64,000 nucleotides of DNA, from NCBI GenBank assembly GCA_039812705.1, contig JBDIBA010000003.1, positions 10,566 to 74,565 on the forward strand, read 5' to 3'. The position numbers and the translations under genes are program-made. The notes beneath the pieces are model-generated. The model was not told where the DNA came from. It ran no database searches and worked only from the letters and a program-made list of their open reading frames with translations. Below are positions 59,460-64,000 of this stretch, one piece after another. Within the stretch, counting starts at the first letter, position 1, and each line of letters starts with the position of its first letter. Origin of the DNA: Acidimicrobiia bacterium. GTDB lineage: Bacteria; Actinomycetota; Acidimicrobiia; Acidimicrobiales; JBBSGY01.

Positions 59460-59822
59460 TTAGTTGTTTTCGTACATCAGCGTTGTGGTCGTAAGCGTGG
59501 TGTTGATGACTGTGTCATTTGCCGCGCTAACGAACGCCATCCACGCAGGGACACTCAAGACCGTCAAGATGAACCCAACAATCAAGAGGATCTTGGCGAT
59601 CCTGAGCTTTGATTCGCCTTCTGCCGGATCGTTGTTTTCGAAAGCCTTTCTGCTCAACGTCGTGAACACGAGGCTGAGAACACCGAACAAGACGTTGCAA
59701 AGCGGCACGATCAAGAGGATTGAAAGCACCAAATAAAGCGTCGTGTTCGGTGCCGGCTTCGGGGCGCTCGCGTGGGGGAGCGAGCCGGGAAGCGGGTTGT
59801 CTGGACCTTGCCCGTATGTCAT
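59460..59822 (-). CDS. CD225/dispanin family protein, paralogue B
   Basis: Pro-rich N-terminus, first hydrophobic segment with PLCNVLFG, loop FENNDPAEGESKLRIAKI, then a second TM helix. 120 aa. Confidence 0.75.
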   Translation of the reverse strand: MTYGQGPDNPLPGSLPHASAPKPAPNTTLYLVLSILLIVPLCNVLFGVLSLVFTTLSRKAFENNDPAEGESKLRIAKILLIVGFILTVLSVPAWMAFVSAANDTVINTTLTTTTLMYENN

Positions 59823-59906
59823 GCGATGAGCCCTCCTGGATGATTGAAGGCCGACGCTACAGGTTTGTTTCTGGGCTCATGGGGAATGTCCGATTTCGAT
59901 GGGCAT

Positions 59907-59944
59907 GAAAAGACCCCCTTGCGTAACCGCAAGGGGGTCTTTTT
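59907..59944 (-). terminator. Rho-independent terminator downstream of CD225 paralogue C
   Basis: AAAAGACCCCCTTGCG-TAAC-CGCAAGGGGGTCTTTT: a 12-bp GC-rich stem with U-tracts on both strands. Confidence 0.85.
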
Positions 59945-59993
59945 GCGTTATCAGTGATGGGCACCGGCGGTCCCAGCGTGGCTTCGCGCCGAA

Positions 59994-60335
59994 CTATTGC
60001 GCGGTGGTGATGGTGTCGTCTAACTGGTCGGGGCTGAAGGCTCCGGCGATGGCAGCAATAGCCACGGCGACCAGGGTCAGTGCGATACCGATAGCCAGCA
60101 TGATCTTGGCCAGCTTCAGTTTTGACTGTGCCTGAGCGATGTTCCCTTGGTCAGCAGCGGACTTGCCTTGGAGGCTGAATACCAGTCCGAGGATTCCGAA
60201 TAGAAGGTTGCAGCAGAGCAGTTCAATGACTGAAAAGACAATCCACGGAGTGGCGTTTGGGCGATCAGCGGCGATGCCTGGCTGGGGGTTTACGGGGTTT
60301 GGTTGGGACTCGTTTGGGCCCGGGTAATCAGTCAT
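59994..60335 (-). CDS. CD225/dispanin family protein, paralogue C
   Basis: Pro-rich N-terminus, first hydrophobic segment with LLCCNLLFG, loop SAADQGNIAQAQSKLKLAKI, then a second TM helix. 113 aa. Confidence 0.75.
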   Translation of the reverse strand: MTDYPGPNESQPNPVNPQPGIAADRPNATPWIVFSVIELLCCNLLFGILGLVFSLQGKSAADQGNIAQAQSKLKLAKIMLAIGIALTLVAVAIAAIAGAFSPDQLDDTITTAQ

Positions 60336-60433
60336 TTATTGTCCTCCCTGTTGGATCTGGGAGACGCTAGTCAGGCTGCCCACGCGTTTCAGGGAGTTTC
60401 CAGGTTGCTTGGAGCTTTGACCGATCTCAGCTC

Positions 60434-61138
60434 TTGATCCGACTCTTCGTCTTGGCTGTTGGCAGACTGAAGTCGATGGCAGGACTGGACCCCGCGCAGT
60501 TTTCCGAACGGCTGAAACAGGTGCACTCGCGCATTGGAGAATTGCGTGGCCGTGCAGATGCTGTTGAGGTTATTGCTGTTACGAAAGGCTTTGGAACTGA
60601 CGCCTTGCAACTCGCGGCCGACCACGGTCTTGCGATTGGCGAGAACTACGCCCAAGAACTCCTTTCGAAGCTTGCCTCGTTTGATAACCGCGCGAATGTG
60701 CCGGTGCATTTCATTGGTCAGTTGCAAACAAACAAGGTGCGCAGCTTGGTTGATGTTGTCGATGTCTGGCAGTCGGTTGATCGCACGTCGTTGATTGACG
60801 AACTTGCAAAGCGCGCGCCGGGAGCGCGCATGTTTGTTCAAGTAAACGTAAGTGACGATGCCCGTCGCGGCGGATGCGCATGGGGCGATGTTGAAACTCT
60901 TGTGCACCGTGGTCGCGATTGCGGTCTCGATGTCTGTGGGCTGATGACTGTTGGCTTAATGGGTCAGCAGTCTCAAACGCGCAGCGCCTTCAGGCGCTTG
61001 GTTGCATGCGCACAAGAGCTTGATCTTGTTGAGCTTTCGATTGGTATGAGCGACGACTGGGAAATGGCGGTTGAAGAAGGTGCAACTGTCATTCGTCTTG
61101 GGCGCGCGCTTTTTGGAGACCGGAAGCTGTCCGTTTAG
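60434..61138 (+). CDS. yggS: YggS family pyridoxal-phosphate homeostasis protein
   Basis: VIAVTKGF (PLP lysine), HFIGQLQTNKV and MGMSDD-type LSIGMSDDWE motifs. The start may be the internal Met at 60476. Confidence 0.88.
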   Translation: MIRLFVLAVGRLKSMAGLDPAQFSERLKQVHSRIGELRGRADAVEVIAVTKGFGTDALQLAADHGLAIGENYAQELLSKLASFDNRANVPVHFIGQLQTNKVRSLVDVVDVWQSVDRTSLIDELAKRAPGARMFVQVNVSDDARRGGCAWGDVETLVHRGRDCGLDVCGLMTVGLMGQQSQTRSAFRRLVACAQELDLVELSIGMSDDWEMAVEEGATVIRLGRALFGDRKLSV

Positions 61139-61704
61139 CGGTCGACGGCGACTGCGAAAAGCGCGGTTGCATAGCGGTCGCCGAACTCTAGAAAGGTGAT
61201 GTCTTCTAGAACCCACGATCGCAGGTCGTTCATCCAGATTCCATCGGAGTCTAGAACGCGCACCGTTACCGAGTCGCTGTCGATGTGCTCGATCGAACCA
61301 ACGAAGTAGTCGTTTGGGTATTCGTACTCCATGTAAATGGTTGCGACTCTCCAGTGATTGGCAGCAGTTCTGATGAGCTGGTCTAGAGAAGTCGTGTCGA
61401 GCGGGGGCATGTCGAGTCTTGACTCCGATGGCCACAATGCCGTTGCTCTGGAAAAGACGCAGTTGCTGTCGCGCACGCGAAGGTTTTTGATCTCGCCGAT
61501 CGGCAGTGCGCAGAATCCGTCAGGGCTTAGAGACGTTATTTGGCGAAGCACCAGCCACGTGTCGCCAATCTGTTCCACAAAACCCACAACCCTGTCGGAC
61601 GAGTCCGCTTCGCGGTCAAAGGTGACCGGGCGGCTCTCAGCCTTGGCTTGTTCAAGCAATCGCAAGTAAAGGCTGCGCTTCGGTTCAGGAAGGTCGTCGG
61701 GCAT
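61135..61704 (-). CDS. Hypothetical protein with an apparent internal duplication
   Basis: Two similar halves: VGFVEQIGDTWLVLRQ...ATAL and VGSIEHIDSDSVTVRV...ATAL. 20-nt overlap with the upstream NUDIX gene. Confidence 0.55.
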   Translation of the reverse strand: MPDDLPEPKRSLYLRLLEQAKAESRPVTFDREADSSDRVVGFVEQIGDTWLVLRQITSLSPDGFCALPIGEIKNLRVRDSNCVFSRATALWPSESRLDMPPLDTTSLDQLIRTAANHWRVATIYMEYEYPNDYFVGSIEHIDSDSVTVRVLDSDGIWMNDLRSWVLEDITFLEFGDRYATALFAVAVDR

Positions 61705-62272
61705 CTGACCAGTTTGGTCGAACTGCCTTCTTGAAGTCCCATCGATCGCCCGTCTCGGCCCGTGCGAGCAGTCTCACCAGGGCTTCGTCAAAGGTCGAAT
61801 CTGAGAGATGACGAACATCGTCGAAATGCACCCAGGCCACGTCCTGGCTTTCCTCTGGAGGCGGGTTTGGCCGGCTTTTCGTGGCGGTCATCAGGTAGCG
61901 AATGTCGAGGTGGTGATGGTTTTCGCTGACCGTGTGAATGTCGATGTGAACCGGCTCTGAGGTAACGGGGGCGGGCGTAATGCCGGTTTCTTCAATGCAT
62001 TCACGAATTGCAGCCTGAAGCGGATATTCACCGTCTTCGATGTGACCACCTGGCTGAACCCATTTGCCGATCTTCAAGTGCTTCATCAAAAGGATGTGGT
62101 TCTCGGCAACGACAAACGCGCTAGCCGTGAAGTGCTCAGGGTTGTCCCGAGAGTTGTAGATGCCTGCGTTCAGGGACTCGATCATTTCAGACTTGTCGAA
62201 AGCCTCTTTCTCACTGCCGCACTGATAGTTCGCCAGTTCCTTGGCCAGTTGTTCGGCAGGTCCCATCGGCAC
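61685..62272 (-). CDS. NUDIX hydrolase
   Basis: Nudix box GGHIEDGEYPLQAAIRECIEETGI. Confidence 0.88.
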   Translation of the reverse strand: MPMGPAEQLAKELANYQCGSEKEAFDKSEMIESLNAGIYNSRDNPEHFTASAFVVAENHILLMKHLKIGKWVQPGGHIEDGEYPLQAAIRECIEETGITPAPVTSEPVHIDIHTVSENHHHLDIRYLMTATKSRPNPPPEESQDVAWVHFDDVRHLSDSTFDEALVRLLARAETGDRWDFKKAVRPNWSDARRPS

Positions 62273-62310
62273 TTTCTAGTGCAGTGGTTGCAGGCGGTTT
62301 TGCCTAGTCT

Positions 62311-63369
62311 TTGACCGTGCTGGTTAAAGACATCCCTCTCGCGCGCCTTGTTTCGCAACGGCTTGTAGGAGATCAGTTCGACCACGCTGCCGACGTTGTT
62401 AGGTGGATGACGTGCATGCAGGGCCAAGACATTCCCGGCGCTCGCGTGTCGGTTGCTCTCCGGCTGCAATCGCGCAAGTTGTCAGATGTCGACAAGGCTT
62501 TCAACAAAGGCGACATTGTGCGGAGTTGGCCAATGCGCGGAACCGCGCACTTCGTGCCGGCCAAAGACCTTGGGTGGATGCTGTCTTTAACCGCCGAAAG
62601 GACTCTCAAGGCAGTGCTAAAGCGTCACGCAAAAGGCGGACGAGAAATTGCACTGTACGACAAGGTTGAAAAAGTCACCCGAGAGTTGCTTCAGGGCAAC
62701 AAACAAGTGTCGCGCGAAGCACTTGGAGACCACTGGCGTTCGGCGGGCGTCGTTGAAGAACCGCACGACATTTATCAGAACATATTTGTTATGAGTCAGC
62801 GCCTCGTCTTGGTGCAAGGCCCTGGCGAAGGCGCGAAACAGAACTTTGTTCTTTACGACGAGTGGGTGAAAAAGCCGCACAAACTAGAACGTGATGAAGC
62901 GCTTGCAGAGTGGGCACTGCGCTACTTCGACAGCCACGGTCCAGCGCCGCTGAAAGACTTTGCATGGTGGACAAAACTTCCGGCCGCGGATGTGAAGTCA
63001 GCGGTCGCCAGCGTGCGCGACCAATTGGCTGTGATTGATGTCGACGACGTGGAGTATTTCATGGCGCCAGACTTGCCGGATCGCTTGAAGGCCCATAAGA
63101 AGGCCGCGGGTGAACCACTTTTGCTGCCTGGCTTTGATGAGTTTGTTCTTGGTTATGGAAACCGTGACCCGTTTGTCGACCCCGTTCACGCCGGCAAACT
63201 TGTTCCTGGCAACAACGGAATGTTCAAAGCCTCAATTGTTCATAAGGGCCAGGTTGTTGGAACGTGGAAGCACAAGGGCACGGGCGCTAAACGCATTCTC
63301 GATCATTCGATGTGGGAAATCGAAGCGCCCAAAGCATTGTCAAAGACGTACGAGTTGCTTCCCCGGTGA
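62311..63369 (+). CDS. Winged-helix DNA-binding domain protein (YcaQ/AlkZ-like, possible interstrand-crosslink DNA glycosylase)
   Basis: RLVSQRL...VVRWMTCMQGQD...WPMRGTAHFVP N-terminal pattern, and the length (352 aa) typical of the HTH_42/AlkZ-like family. Confidence 0.65.
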   Translation: MTVLVKDIPLARLVSQRLVGDQFDHAADVVRWMTCMQGQDIPGARVSVALRLQSRKLSDVDKAFNKGDIVRSWPMRGTAHFVPAKDLGWMLSLTAERTLKAVLKRHAKGGREIALYDKVEKVTRELLQGNKQVSREALGDHWRSAGVVEEPHDIYQNIFVMSQRLVLVQGPGEGAKQNFVLYDEWVKKPHKLERDEALAEWALRYFDSHGPAPLKDFAWWTKLPAADVKSAVASVRDQLAVIDVDDVEYFMAPDLPDRLKAHKKAAGEPLLLPGFDEFVLGYGNRDPFVDPVHAGKLVPGNNGMFKASIVHKGQVVGTWKHKGTGAKRILDHSMWEIEAPKALSKTYELLPR

Positions 63370-64000
63370 CGCAGGACGCATTGCAATCAACCCCACTTCG
63401 AATCGGCAACCTTGAACTTGCATCGCCTGTGGTTCTGGCGCCGATGGCAGGAATCACGAACTCTGCGTTTCGTCGACTGTGTCGCGAACATGGCGGCGGG
63501 CTGTTTGTAAGTGAAATGACGACATCGCGAGCCTTGGTTGAGCGAACCGAAGAGTCACTTCGCCTTGTCACTTTCGATGCAGACGAGACGCCGCGAAGCG
63601 TGCAGCTTTACGGGGTTGATCCCGCAACTGTTGCGGCAGCGGTTCGCATGATTGTTGAGGAAGACCTTGCCGATCATGTTGATCTCAACTTTGGTTGCCC
63701 CGTTGCGAAAGTAACGCGCAAGGGCGGAGGCGCGGCCCTGCCTTGGAAGCGCGAGTTGTTCACGCAAATCGTTTCCGGTGCGGTTCGTGAAGCAACCGCG
63801 GGTGACATTCCGCTGACAATCAAGATGCGAAAGGGAATCGACGACGATCACTTGACGTTTCTGGAAGCTGGACAGATCGCCGAAGACTGCGGAGTTTCTG
63901 CCGTTGCGTTGCACGGACGAACGGCGGCTCAGCACTATTCGGGCCAAGCCGATTGGTCCGCAATTGCCGCGCTAAAGCAAGCGGTTACGTCCATTCCGGT
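63366..64000 (+). CDS. dus: tRNA-dihydrouridine synthase (5' part; runs off the window)
   Basis: The GTG at 63366 overlaps the previous stop (GTGA). Translates as VVLAPMAGITNSAFRRL...QLYG...DLNFGCPVAKV...ALHGRT. The frame is open to nt 64000, so it is absent from the track. Confidence 0.88.
   Translation, partial: MTQDALQSTPLRIGNLELASPVVLAPMAGITNSAFRRLCREHGGGLFVSEMTTSRALVERTEESLRLVTFDADETPRSVQLYGVDPATVAAAVRMIVEEDLADHVDLNFGCPVAKVTRKGGGAALPWKRELFTQIVSGAVREATAGDIPLTIKMRKGIDDDHLTFLEAGQIAEDCGVSAVALHGRTAAQHYSGQADWSAIAALKQAVTSIP

Overview
This is an actinobacterial-type chromosomal origin region, roughly mid-50s % GC by eye, not computed. The core is rpmH-rnpA-yidD-yidC-jag-rsmG-parA-parB on the + strand, diverging from dnaA-(oriC)-dnaN-recF-dciA-gyrB-gyrA on the - strand. 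Gene order matches the mycobacterial Rv0001-Rv0006, Rv3907c-Rv3924c and Rv0046c-Rv0058 neighbourhoods: trxB/trxA, murJ with a kinase-like protein, a DUF6049-like protein, cca, ino1/PadR/DUF5318/ponA, and rpsF-ssb-rpsR-rplI-dnaB. pheST and trpS follow. Two tRNAs (Ala-TGC, Ile-GAT) lie downstream of gyrA. I saw no rRNA, transposase, integrase, CRISPR-cas or recognisable defence genes.

Features the ORF track does not explain:
- Six perfect parS sites lie in the rsmG-parA spacer, each inside its own 20-38 bp perfect palindrome.
- A TPP riboswitch sits in front of a HAD-phosphatase/thiamine-pyrophosphokinase operon.
- DnaA-box clusters flank dnaA on both sides, with further boxes upstream of dnaB and next to parB.
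- rpmH, a 48-codon coupled small ORF and a 3'-truncated dus gene are missing from the track.
- A perfect 32-bp tandem duplication covers the ino1 stop codon.

The most interesting uncharacterised gene sets:
- An SPFH gene is followed by three paralogous beta-rich proteins of unknown function.
- Three CD225/dispanin (IFITM-like) paralogues and a DUF2752 gene surround trpS.
- A lytic transglycosylase with a Thr/Pro-rich insertion sits next to two GT-C-like membrane proteins.

Every family call comes from motifs read by eye in the supplied translations. No database search was run.
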